From assembly GCA_050122475.1 (NCBI GenBank), contig JASFIV010000001.1, positions 30,637-94,636 on the forward strand: a stretch of 64,000 nucleotides of DNA. Direction: 5' to 3'. Below, piece by piece: positions 28,645 to 37,408 of this stretch; within the stretch, counting starts at the first letter, position 1; every line of letters begins with the position of its first letter. The notes below the pieces were generated by a model. It did no database searches and was not told the origin of the DNA. It was given only the letters and a program-made list of their open reading frames with translations. The position numbers and the translations under genes were made by a program. This DNA is from Desulfobacterales bacterium. GTDB taxonomy: Bacteria > Desulfobacterota > Desulfobacteria > Desulfobacterales > JAHEIW01.

Positions 28645-28822
28645 TAATATACGGTTATTCAGAAAGCTCAAGTAGGGCAATCATAACCACGAAAGGCACG
28701 AAGGGCACGAAGGACACGAAAGGACAAAATTAAAATGATGTGTTTTCCCTTTGTGATCTTCGTGTTCTTTGTGGTGAGATATATATCAGCCGTATTCAAC
28801 TGGAGTTTCCCAGATAACAGCG
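28645..28822. repeat. ~170-bp element with internal CACGAAG-word hairpin, copy A (inverted partner at 58441-58605)
   Basis: The reverse complement of 58441-58605 aligns along the whole length with only scattered mismatches and one extra cacgaaagg word in copy A. The internal hairpin is at about 28685-28790. Confidence 0.85.
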
Positions 28823-28968
28823 AAATAATATTATCGAGGACGAGCACGAGTATTATGCTGTGCAAAGTTCTTTCGTGCCAGCCGCGTCCTTGTTTTCGAG
28901 CACCATCTTACAAAGAATATTTCCATCAATCTGAATATTGCAAGTTACTGTTAGGTAACGATATCGGG

Positions 28969-30705
28969 ATGAAAATATTATTGATATATCCTTATTTTCT
29001 GGAGAAACGGCTGCACCTTGAAGATGTTAGTGTTGTGCCCCAGGGGGTCTTTTATATTGCCGCCTTGCTCAAAAAACATTCTTATGATGTGGAGATTTTA
29101 AACTGGCACAACATCAATACAAACCCGCAGAACATCAGATCCGAGCTCGCAGAAAAAAATCCGGATGTTATCGGTTTGTCCATCCTGCATGCCAACCGCT
29201 GGGGCGGAATCGATATTGCACAGATTGCCAAACAGGTTATTCCGAAAGTGAAAGTTGTTTTCGGAGGTATTGGCGCCACCTTTTTATGGTCCCATTTTTT
29301 GGCCCATTTTCCCCAGGTGGATTATGTGATTATCGGTGAAGGGGAATATTCTTTTTTGAATTTGATCCAATGCCTCGAGGCCGGCGAGATGCAAAAAACC
29401 GAACGAATTGAGGGTCTGGCCTATCGGAGAAGCGGCCAGGTGATTCGTAATCAAAATACCGAGCTCATATGTGACCTTGACCAACTTCCCATACCATCTC
29501 AATATTTCCGCTATCAGCACGTTTCGTTGACGCGCGGCTGTGCCGCCAGATGCGATTTTTGCGGCTCGCCCCAATTTTGGGGCCGGCAGGTTCGATTCCA
29601 CTCAGCAGACTACTTTGTCGAGCAGCTTTCTCTGCTGACCAGACAGGGAACCCGATTTTTTTATGTTTCCGACGACACATTTACCATCAATGCCAAGCGC
29701 GTCATCAACATATGCCAAAAGATTATTGAAGCAAAACTGGATATTCAATGGGCGGCCATATCCCGGGTTGACATGATCAATGCCGATATCCTTTATTGGA
29801 TGAGAAAAGCCGGCTGTATTCAGATCAGTTACGGTGTGGAGAGTGGTTCTGAAAAAATACGCAAATTACTGGGGAAACATATCAGCCAGCAGCAGATCTG
29901 TCAGGCATTTAAGCTGACGCAGCAGTACGGTATCATGGCACGCGCGTATTTTATCTATGGCTGCCCTCAGGAAAGCTGGCAAACCATTGAGCAAACAATT
30001 GAGCTGATGAACGCCATCAAACCGCTAAGTGCCATTTTTTATATCCTGGATTTGTTTCCCGGAACCGCACTTTATGATGACTACAAAAAACGGGAGAAAG
30101 TCAGCGATGATATCTGGTTAAACCGAATCGAAGATATCATGTATTTTGAAACCGACCCATCGCTTACTAAAGATCTCATTCTGTCCTTCGGTCAGAAACT
30201 GAGAGGCGCTTTTTATCAAAAGCTTCCTGAATATGTCGAGGCCCTGGATCTAATCGACAAAAAGGATCTATACCCGCAGCACGCCGATTTTTATTCACGC
30301 CTGGCACTCACGTTTCAAATGGGAGATTATGCGGGTATTGACGCTATTGCACATAAAGACCGGATTGCTGAAAAACTGTATCAGCGGTCGTTGGAATTCG
30401 GCACCAATGCCCGGGCATACTGGGGTCTGGGTATGCTCTACCAGCAACGCAAGGAATTCAATGAATCGGTTCAAATTTTGACGGCAGGCATCAAGGCTTT
30501 TCCAAAGGACGAACAACTGAATCTGTGTATGGCCGTCAGTTACATGAACATGGGAAACTATCAGAAGGCGCTGCCTTACCTCTCAGAATTGCAGCACCTC
30601 AAAGAAGGCATCTACTATACGGCCAAATGTTATCAGGCACTAGATGATCTGCAAAAGGCCGAGCGGTATCTCCAAAAGTACAAATCAATGAATAAAACAA
30701 TATGA
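28969..30705 (+). CDS. B12-binding-domain radical SAM protein with C-terminal TPR-like repeats
   Basis: Starts MKILLIYPYF with a B12-type domain and carries SLTRGCAARCDFC (CX3CX2C). The C-terminal ~150 aa are TPR-like (AYWGLGMLYQQRKEFNESVQIL.., MNMGNYQKALPYL). The ORF-track extension back to 28735 lies in the repeat. Confidence 0.8.
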   Translation: MKILLIYPYFLEKRLHLEDVSVVPQGVFYIAALLKKHSYDVEILNWHNINTNPQNIRSELAEKNPDVIGLSILHANRWGGIDIAQIAKQVIPKVKVVFGGIGATFLWSHFLAHFPQVDYVIIGEGEYSFLNLIQCLEAGEMQKTERIEGLAYRRSGQVIRNQNTELICDLDQLPIPSQYFRYQHVSLTRGCAARCDFCGSPQFWGRQVRFHSADYFVEQLSLLTRQGTRFFYVSDDTFTINAKRVINICQKIIEAKLDIQWAAISRVDMINADILYWMRKAGCIQISYGVESGSEKIRKLLGKHISQQQICQAFKLTQQYGIMARAYFIYGCPQESWQTIEQTIELMNAIKPLSAIFYILDLFPGTALYDDYKKREKVSDDIWLNRIEDIMYFETDPSLTKDLILSFGQKLRGAFYQKLPEYVEALDLIDKKDLYPQHADFYSRLALTFQMGDYAGIDAIAHKDRIAEKLYQRSLEFGTNARAYWGLGMLYQQRKEFNESVQILTAGIKAFPKDEQLNLCMAVSYMNMGNYQKALPYLSELQHLKEGIYYTAKCYQALDDLQKAERYLQKYKSMNKTI

Positions 30706-30757
30706 CGTTTTAACTGAACCACCTTAATTTGCATGAAAATTAATGCGAACTCGGGTG

Positions 30758-32398
30758 CTAGCTGTCAATCTTGAATTTAATCGGTTTTTCCAGGATCGGC
30801 CGAATTTTGAATTGACCGATAATTTCGGTTTGTTCGGGATCCTCGACGCCCCACCAATTATGCCTGGCTTTAACTTTGCTGGCCGTATCAGCAACCTTAA
30901 TCGCCCAGTTCCCGTTATTGACAATATTGTTTTGTTCAATACTGGCTTTTGATTTTTCCAGAATGAATCCGCCAGCTCCATTTTCGGTTATCACCGAATT
31001 TTTGACAAGCAATTGCGCTTGGCGGGCTGCAATGCCAATTTTACCGGAGGCGCGCACCAACGTGTGATGGATTTCAGCTTTGCTTTGCTCGATAACGATT
31101 CCCCAGACATTGTTTTGAAACAGGCAATTTTGCAGATTGACCGTCGCTTCTGTCACTCTGAGGCCATATTCGGCATTGGAAATTTGACAGTGGTTGATGT
31201 GAGTGCCGTTTTTGGTTTTATCTAAAAATATACCTTTCCAGCCGTCGGAGCCCAAACTGGCCAGGCGTACCGGTTCGGTTTCTGTCCCGTTGATCTGGAG
31301 TTCGCCTTTTACGATCAATCCCAGATTCAAAAACCAGATGACCGTTCCGGGTTGCACGGTGAGTTTTGCCCCGGGTAAAACCACAAGTGCGTCCTCCACC
31401 AGATAAGGACTTTTAGCGGCGGTCAGCACTGTATTTTTAGTGATTTTAGGCGGTAGCACTGTGGGCGTGCCTATTCTTATAGGACCCAGGGTGTCCACCC
31501 ACTGACTGCCGGTGCCGGTCTTCGATTGCAGATATCCGATGATCCGCCCGTGGGGCAGGCGATCTTTGCTGCGAATGCGATAGGCCCCGATGTAGATGCC
31601 CGGTTCCTTTTCTTTTAACGGTAGGTTTGTCACCAGCGGAGGAATACTCCAGCTGGCCTTCTGGCCTTTTTCGCCGATCATGGCGACCTTGAGCAGATCT
31701 CCCGGACGCAGCAGTTTGCCCCCTGCGTTGTGAACCAGCACAATAATTTTCGGTGGGGGTTCGGTTATACCTTCGCGGTCCGGGATGGTCGCCACCATTT
31801 GCATGCACAACTCGGCGGCCGCCTGAAGGTGCGAGGCCTTTTGATGCGTGATGGCTGTTTTGACGATCGTTGCTGCCAGTCCGGTCAGGCTAAGCGGCAC
31901 GTCACCATCCTGAATATGGATGCTGTGTTCGAGCTCCCAGATGATGCGATTCGAGTCACACCGCACCATTTTGGCTTTGAGACCTGCGGCGTTATCCGAA
32001 TAAACCAGCGCGTAGGTTTTGCCCAGACTGGTAACCTCACCGAAAATAATCGCATCGACCCCCAGCAATTGTCCCAGCCGTGCTGCCGAAACGGCCTCGC
32101 CTGAAACGATCGCCTGATAAAGTTCGTTTCTTTTCAGATTATCGTCAATGACGAAGGGCTCCAGATCCAGGTAATTGAGGGAACTAAAGAAATTGTAAAA
32201 CATTTTACGGACGATGCTGCCGGCTTCAGGATTGGATGTCTGATTGACAAACGGCACAATCGCTACTTTGTATGGGAGCTGATCCTTTTCCAGAACTTCC
32301 GGTTCGAGGTCGGGCATCAGCATACTTTTGAGGGCACAGGCATTTATGCCTGCTGCCAGACAAATGATCGCCAAAAAGGTAATAGCTGTATTTTTCAT
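30758..32398 (-). CDS. Probable lipoprotein: DUF799/GNA1162-like N-terminal domain plus right-handed parallel beta-helix (PbH1/NosD-like) C-terminal domain
   Basis: Has a signal peptide ending AGINAC. The N-terminal VAIVPFVNQTSNP..LGVDAIIFGEVTS region is paralogous to the 34638-35456 product. The C-terminal part has repeated beta-helix turns (NNVWGIVIEQSKAEI, NSVITENGAGGFILEKSKASI, NNIVNNGNWAIKV). The start is 8 nt after the FHA gene stop. Confidence 0.65.
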   Translation of the reverse strand: MKNTAITFLAIICLAAGINACALKSMLMPDLEPEVLEKDQLPYKVAIVPFVNQTSNPEAGSIVRKMFYNFFSSLNYLDLEPFVIDDNLKRNELYQAIVSGEAVSAARLGQLLGVDAIIFGEVTSLGKTYALVYSDNAAGLKAKMVRCDSNRIIWELEHSIHIQDGDVPLSLTGLAATIVKTAITHQKASHLQAAAELCMQMVATIPDREGITEPPPKIIVLVHNAGGKLLRPGDLLKVAMIGEKGQKASWSIPPLVTNLPLKEKEPGIYIGAYRIRSKDRLPHGRIIGYLQSKTGTGSQWVDTLGPIRIGTPTVLPPKITKNTVLTAAKSPYLVEDALVVLPGAKLTVQPGTVIWFLNLGLIVKGELQINGTETEPVRLASLGSDGWKGIFLDKTKNGTHINHCQISNAEYGLRVTEATVNLQNCLFQNNVWGIVIEQSKAEIHHTLVRASGKIGIAARQAQLLVKNSVITENGAGGFILEKSKASIEQNNIVNNGNWAIKVADTASKVKARHNWWGVEDPEQTEIIGQFKIRPILEKPIKFKIDS

Positions 32399-32406
32399 AT
32401 TTAGGA

Positions 32407-34134
32407 TTACCAGGGGGTCTCGGTATCTTTTTCACCTTCTGTTTCTTCAAATAGATATTTCATGATCCTGGAACTTTCGGTTCCGGATTCTTCCAAAAGG
32501 CGCTGGATTTCTTCGCGTTTTTTCTCTTCTTCCTTCTTTGTCAGCTTGCCGCCAGGGCTATCGGAGGCGCTTCCGCCTTTTTGGGCTGACACCAATTTTT
32601 GGCGGCAGGCCGTAATTTTGGCTTTGATTTTTTTGGATTCGGGATCAATGATACTGTAGCGCTCAAAATAAAATAGGGCTTTCGACCAGTTGCGTTTTTT
32701 GTAATAGCCTTCACCATGCTCGCGGTAAAAGGCCTTCATCTGGTCAATGCGCTGCAATGCCAATTCATGCTTGGGGTTGAGCGCAAGCACTGCCTGGTAT
32801 ATGGAAAAGGCATTTTTATTAACCGGTGTGAAATAGCGCTTGGCCAGAAAATGCGTTTCGGCTTCTTTAAGCAGCTGGGAGACGTTTTGTTTTTCTCGAT
32901 TTTTCTGCTGGTAAGCCAACCAGATTCGTCGTATGGCTTTCTGGGCTTCTTCGAAATACAAACTATCTTCCCGGATGGAGGAATATTCCCTCAGGGCAGA
33001 TTGATGTTGATTGTTGGATTCCAGCTGTTCACCGAGGGTTAAACGGTAATAATCCAAACGGTCCCAGAGCTTTTCAGCTTCCTGACCATGGCCGTATTTC
33101 GCGAGGTAATTTTTCAAGAATACCTTGGCGTCCTTCAGATTTCCCTTTTCGGCTTTTTGTTGGGTGATGGCCAGGGTTATCTGTGCCAGCATGTCTTTGG
33201 CTGTCTGGGCGTTTTCCTCAGACAGATCGGTATGCAACAAATCCTTGAGGGATGCCCTGGCCGGCATATACTCACCCGCTTCGATCTGCCCGGCAATCTC
33301 GGCAAGTTTTTGCTGGGCTTGCCAGGGCATGTAGGCGTGCATATAGAGCAAGTATCCTGAAAAGGCGAGGATTAACAGCGCTGTCAGCCATAGACTCCGG
33401 TTTGATCGCTTTGCAGAAGTTACAATTTTTTGGGTTGTTTGACGGGCATCGGTCGGTTGATCGGAGATAAAAGTGATTGAAAACGTACCCATTCGGAGCT
33501 GATCTCCCGAATACAGGCGTTTTTCGGATATCACCCGATCATTTAAGAAAAGGGGATTGGTGGTGCTGATATTTCGGGCGATATACCCCTTGTCCTGCTT
33601 TTCAATAACGCAATGCTTGCGGGAGATCGACGGGTGCATCAATTTCAGCGTGGCCTCGTTTGATCTTCCGATGATCAGTTTTTCCAGCTTCAGCGGAATG
33701 ATTTTGCTTTTTCCGGTGGCAGTGGTGCACACCAATCGCGGTCCCAGCGTTTCGTCGCTGATGGTGTCCAGCACCATTGTTTTATCTTCCACCGATGTCA
33801 GTTTGGATCCCGGTCGCTCTTTTTCTGCCACCTCAACGACAAATTTTGATTTGCCGAGCGCCAACTCGTCTCCATTTTTTATAAACTGACCTTCTGTCGG
33901 TTGGCCATTCACAGAAATTTTGTTGGAACCCAGGTTTTTGATGAAATAGCGGTTGTCTTTTGTGCCCACCTTCGCCTGTACGTCTGAAATTTTAGGGTCA
34001 CTGATGATAATGTCACACTCTTTTGACCGTCCGAGCAAAAAACTGGCTTTCCGCGTTTCGTGATATTTTTTGGGATTCGATTTTTGAATTAATTTAAACA
34101 TGGACCACTCAGTCTTTTGCGACCACGGCAGCAT
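32407..34134 (-). CDS. Membrane protein with two N-terminal FHA domains, one TM helix and a C-terminal TPR-rich region
   Basis: FHA1 is LLGRSKECDIII..FIKNLGSNKISVNG and FHA2 is IIGRSNEATLKL..ISRKHCVIE..NPLFLND. The TM helix is LWLTALLILAFSGYLLY, followed by TPR-like repeats. An alternative start is ATG 34101. Confidence 0.75.
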   Translation of the reverse strand: MLPWSQKTEWSMFKLIQKSNPKKYHETRKASFLLGRSKECDIIISDPKISDVQAKVGTKDNRYFIKNLGSNKISVNGQPTEGQFIKNGDELALGKSKFVVEVAEKERPGSKLTSVEDKTMVLDTISDETLGPRLVCTTATGKSKIIPLKLEKLIIGRSNEATLKLMHPSISRKHCVIEKQDKGYIARNISTTNPLFLNDRVISEKRLYSGDQLRMGTFSITFISDQPTDARQTTQKIVTSAKRSNRSLWLTALLILAFSGYLLYMHAYMPWQAQQKLAEIAGQIEAGEYMPARASLKDLLHTDLSEENAQTAKDMLAQITLAITQQKAEKGNLKDAKVFLKNYLAKYGHGQEAEKLWDRLDYYRLTLGEQLESNNQHQSALREYSSIREDSLYFEEAQKAIRRIWLAYQQKNREKQNVSQLLKEAETHFLAKRYFTPVNKNAFSIYQAVLALNPKHELALQRIDQMKAFYREHGEGYYKKRNWSKALFYFERYSIIDPESKKIKAKITACRQKLVSAQKGGSASDSPGGKLTKKEEEKKREEIQRLLEESGTESSRIMKYLFEETEGEKDTETPW

Positions 34135-34305
34135 GGACCGCCAGAAGCAGGGATTATGATGAAATTGTACGCTTTAGGTATATGTTTTTTATCGGCATTT
34201 TCCAGAAAGGCTTTAACCGAATAACCGCTTTTTTTGTGCATTTGACCTTAATTTTCGGTTTAGCGTCGGACGTCCGTGACCACAACGGCTGGTTGAGCGT
34301 TTTTT

Positions 34306-34332
34306 TGTCATAAATTCTGACAATATTTGTCA
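34306..34332. promoter_or_regulatory. TGTCA-N7-TGACA-N5-TGTCA half-site array (candidate enhancer-binding-protein site)
   Basis: Half-sites lie at 34306-34310, 34318-34322 and 34328-34332, about 76 nt upstream of the sigma54-like element. Confidence 0.2.
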
Positions 34333-34405
34333 TTTGAAGGTCACAGTGAAGATGATGAATTTAAATAACATATTGAATCAACTGTTATTTTGAATTAACC
34401 TGCCT

Positions 34406-34423
34406 TAGGCTTGTTTTTTGCAT
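34406..34423 (+). promoter_or_regulatory. Candidate sigma54 (-24/-12) promoter
   Basis: aGGCttGttttTTGCAt has exact GG-N10-GC spacing (GG 34408-34409, GC 34420-34421) compared with the consensus TGGCACG-N4-TTGCW. It lies about 215 nt upstream of the lipoprotein gene start. Confidence 0.3.
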
Positions 34424-34637
34424 GCTTTTTATACCGCAATCACCATCAAAGATTGTTCATCAAAATTTGTGCGCGAAAAAGCCAAAACCCGAGTAATCGG
34501 GTGACGGAAAGCCACGGGTCCGCTGGAGGCGGATCGCCGGGTTGCCAAAGCGAGTTCGCAAAGCTGGTTACCGGATAAAGGTGGCACAGCTTTTTTTTTG
34601 GCAAAAGCCCGGAAATGGACAAAAAGGAGGCTTTGCT

Positions 34638-35456
34638 GTGTTCAAATTGGCTGGTGGGACACACATCGGCAGGAGGCTGACGGTCTGGGGTGTTATTGTC
34701 ATTTGTTTGAGCATTCTGAGCGGCTGCGGGTCGCATCTGGGGCTCGTCAAAGACAACGATGATGATGCCCAGCGAATCATTGTCAGAAATCCTCCTAAAT
34801 CTATTGCTATTCTGCCTTTTGGCAACCAGACGGAATCCGAAGACATCCACAAATTTGTGCGGACCACCTTTTACAGCCATTTATGTGCGCAACCTTACAA
34901 AGATATTGAGCTGCATGAAGTCGATCGAAAGCTCAGGTACCATAACCTGACACACTATGTCGACTTATCCCAAAAATCGGCCCGGCGGCTGGGTCAAATT
35001 CTGGGTTGTGATGCTGTTGTGGTCGGCAAAGTGACTGAATATCAGCGATTATACGCAGGCCTTTATTCCCAGATGGCCGTGGGGGCTTCCATAGCGGTAT
35101 GGGACACCCGTTCCGGGAAAAGGATCTGGACCGATGAGCATGTTACCCGGCAGCATGAGGGCGGGATTCCGCTGGCATTAACGGATATCGCCATGATCGG
35201 TATTCGGTCCGGAATGAATTTAACCGAATCGGAAAAGGTCAAAACGGTTGATGAACTGTCACGCTATTTGACAAGCCGGGTGCCCATTCCGGACATAAAC
35301 GGCCGAAAACATGGCTCCAAATTTGTCAGCCTCAAACGGCTGACCAAAACGAAAAATCAATACGCCACTGAACCGAAACCCGAACGTATGAATATACACC
35401 TGAAGAAACTCAGCCTCAAAAAGCTAACCAAAGTCAACCATCCGCAGTATCGGTAA
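34638..35456 (+). CDS. DUF799/GNA1162-like lipoprotein
   Basis: The GTG start is preceded by AAAAAGGAGG. The lipobox is LSILSGC. IAILPFGNQTESE..LGCDAVVVGKVTE is paralogous to the N-terminal domain of the 30758-32398 product. Confidence 0.7.
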   Translation: MFKLAGGTHIGRRLTVWGVIVICLSILSGCGSHLGLVKDNDDDAQRIIVRNPPKSIAILPFGNQTESEDIHKFVRTTFYSHLCAQPYKDIELHEVDRKLRYHNLTHYVDLSQKSARRLGQILGCDAVVVGKVTEYQRLYAGLYSQMAVGASIAVWDTRSGKRIWTDEHVTRQHEGGIPLALTDIAMIGIRSGMNLTESEKVKTVDELSRYLTSRVPIPDINGRKHGSKFVSLKRLTKTKNQYATEPKPERMNIHLKKLSLKKLTKVNHPQYR

Positions 35457-35668
35457 GCAACCTGCTGCTGCCATCTGCATCGATTTAAATCTGACGCAAA
35501 AATTTGCCGCACTGCTTCCATTGCCAACCGTAAAAATAGGCATTGATCGGTCCGACGGCCACATTCCTGATTTCTGTTATTTAAAGGAATTTGCTTGAAT
35601 TTCGAAAATGGTTCTGGAACTATTAGCCGAGTTGAATGTGCTGTTCTTACACTATTGATGTTAACAAA

Positions 35669-36475
35669 ATGAAGATTTTTCCAACCGTAGAGATCTATAT
35701 CCGCCGAACGCTTGACCAGTTTTATGCCCGCTGGCCTCAGCCCTTCCCCACCAAAGATCGACTGGAGCAATGCAAGCTTATATCCCATCGGGGGGACTAC
35801 GATAATCAACACGTATTTGAAAATACAGTGGCTGCATTTGACCGGGCCAGCGCCGGCGGTATATGGGGAATCGAGTTTGATCTGCGTTGGACCCGGGATC
35901 TGCACCCGGTGGTTTTGCATGATACCGATCTGCGGCGGGTTTTTGGCAACGATTGCGCCATCCATCAGACCACCCTGGCTGAACTTAAATCCGAATGCCC
36001 GTTGGTCCCCACGTTGGCCGAAATAATCCCCAGATATGGTAAAAAGATACATCTGATGATCGAGATCAAATCAGAGGTGTATCCGGACCCGGCGCGCCAG
36101 AACCGGATTTTAACAGAATTGTTTGCCGCTTTACGGCCGGTGGAAGATTATCATCTTCTGACCATGACGCCGCAGATGTTTAACGTAATCGATTGTGTGC
36201 CCCGAAACGCATTTTTACCGGTTGCCCATTTTAATTTTTTCCGGCTCAGCAAACTGGCCATACGACAAAATTACAGCGGGATTGCCGGCCATTATGTGCT
36301 GCTGACCCGAGCGCGCCTCAAAAAACACAAAGCGTTCATGCAGAATCTGGCCACCGGTTATGTGAATTCCAAAAATTGCTTGTTCCGTGAGTTGAATCGC
36401 AATGTGGAGTGGATTTTTTCTGATAACGCCGTGGCACTTCAGAAGATCGTTAATCAGTTGCTGCAAAATGGTTAG
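35669..36475 (+). CDS. Glycerophosphodiester phosphodiesterase (GDPD) family protein
   Basis: Carries ISHRGD..ENT and IEFDLRWTRDLHPVVLHD motifs. The start is uncertain (35636 or 35669). Confidence 0.7.
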   Translation: MKIFPTVEIYIRRTLDQFYARWPQPFPTKDRLEQCKLISHRGDYDNQHVFENTVAAFDRASAGGIWGIEFDLRWTRDLHPVVLHDTDLRRVFGNDCAIHQTTLAELKSECPLVPTLAEIIPRYGKKIHLMIEIKSEVYPDPARQNRILTELFAALRPVEDYHLLTMTPQMFNVIDCVPRNAFLPVAHFNFFRLSKLAIRQNYSGIAGHYVLLTRARLKKHKAFMQNLATGYVNSKNCLFRELNRNVEWIFSDNAVALQKIVNQLLQNG

Positions 36476-36889
36476 GTTTCCCTCCTTCGCTTTAATGGCT
36501 TTGGGGGAAAAGCAGGTTTCGGGCCTTCGCCACGCCGTGGCGGCTGCGTCCCCGCAGGTGGTTGTCAGGTGTCAGGAAACGATACGTGTCAGTTGCCTGT
36601 TCACGGGTTTTTGTGCTTCTATCTTCATCTTTGATTACAGTGAGTCGCGGGTTTTTCGTAATCCGCAATTTTTTTTATTGATTTTATACATTGCAATGCG
36701 GTAAAAGTTTAGAAAAAGAAATGAAGTAATAGCTTACATATAGAATGCTGATTTCCTCTCGAATTATTTACAGCACCTAACTCTCTTTTCTTGAGCTCAT
36801 TTTGTTTTCCACTGGCTGGCTGACCCCGTTTGCTGATCGCTGCTTATTCTGCTGAACAATACATTATCTTTTATCAAAAGAGGTGCAGA

Positions 36890-37393
36890 ATGATCGGTAA
36901 GGGATTGTTCCCAAATAGCTTGAGGTTATTTTTTATCGCCCTATTGATTGTCTTCTCACAGCCCATATTATTAGCGGAAGATAAAACACAGCGATGTGAT
37001 TGCCTGGATCAGGCTGTTAAACGAATAAGAGAAATACGTTCCCTTCCTGAAAAGAAGTATCTACTTACGCTGGACGGCCAGCGTATCCTGTTGAAGGAAT
37101 TTTATAACAAGAGCCATTATCTATTCCCTCAGTGTTGTCTATTTAAAAAATTCTATTATTGGCGCAGCGAGATCATAGAGGTCATTTCGAAAACCCAAAG
37201 TGGCAAGATAAAGCATAAAATCAGGTGTTACCATAATTGTCTTGCGACATATTGCCCACATAGCTGCAATCCCCGCAAAACCCATGGAGATGTAGCCGAG
37301 TTTTATGATCATAACGGCAATTTTATGGGTTTGGCGGTATATATTGGAGAAGGAAAATATTGTGCGCTGCCATACGGCGGTTATAAAAGATAA
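36890..37393 (+). CDS. Hypothetical secreted Cys-rich protein
   Basis: Has a signal-like N-terminus (LRLFFIALLIVFSQPILLAEDK) and 10 Cys in the mature part. AGAGGTG lies upstream of the ATG. I did not recognise any family. Confidence 0.5.
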   Translation: MIGKGLFPNSLRLFFIALLIVFSQPILLAEDKTQRCDCLDQAVKRIREIRSLPEKKYLLTLDGQRILLKEFYNKSHYLFPQCCLFKKFYYWRSEIIEVISKTQSGKIKHKIRCYHNCLATYCPHSCNPRKTHGDVAEFYDHNGNFMGLAVYIGEGKYCALPYGGYKR

Positions 37394-37408
37394 AGCCCTA
37401 AAACTTTT

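Noticed and set aside
34575-34600. Second sigma54-like site: a perfect TGGCAC about 55 nt upstream of the lipoprotein GTG start.
   Set aside because: The -12 position holds a T-run and there is no GC dinucleotide at the required GG-N10-GC spacing.
35357-36052. 231-aa minus-strand ORF overlapping the end of the lipoprotein gene and the start of the GDPD gene.
   Set aside because: It overlaps two plus-strand genes that have recognisable motifs. It has no family resemblance and no SD.
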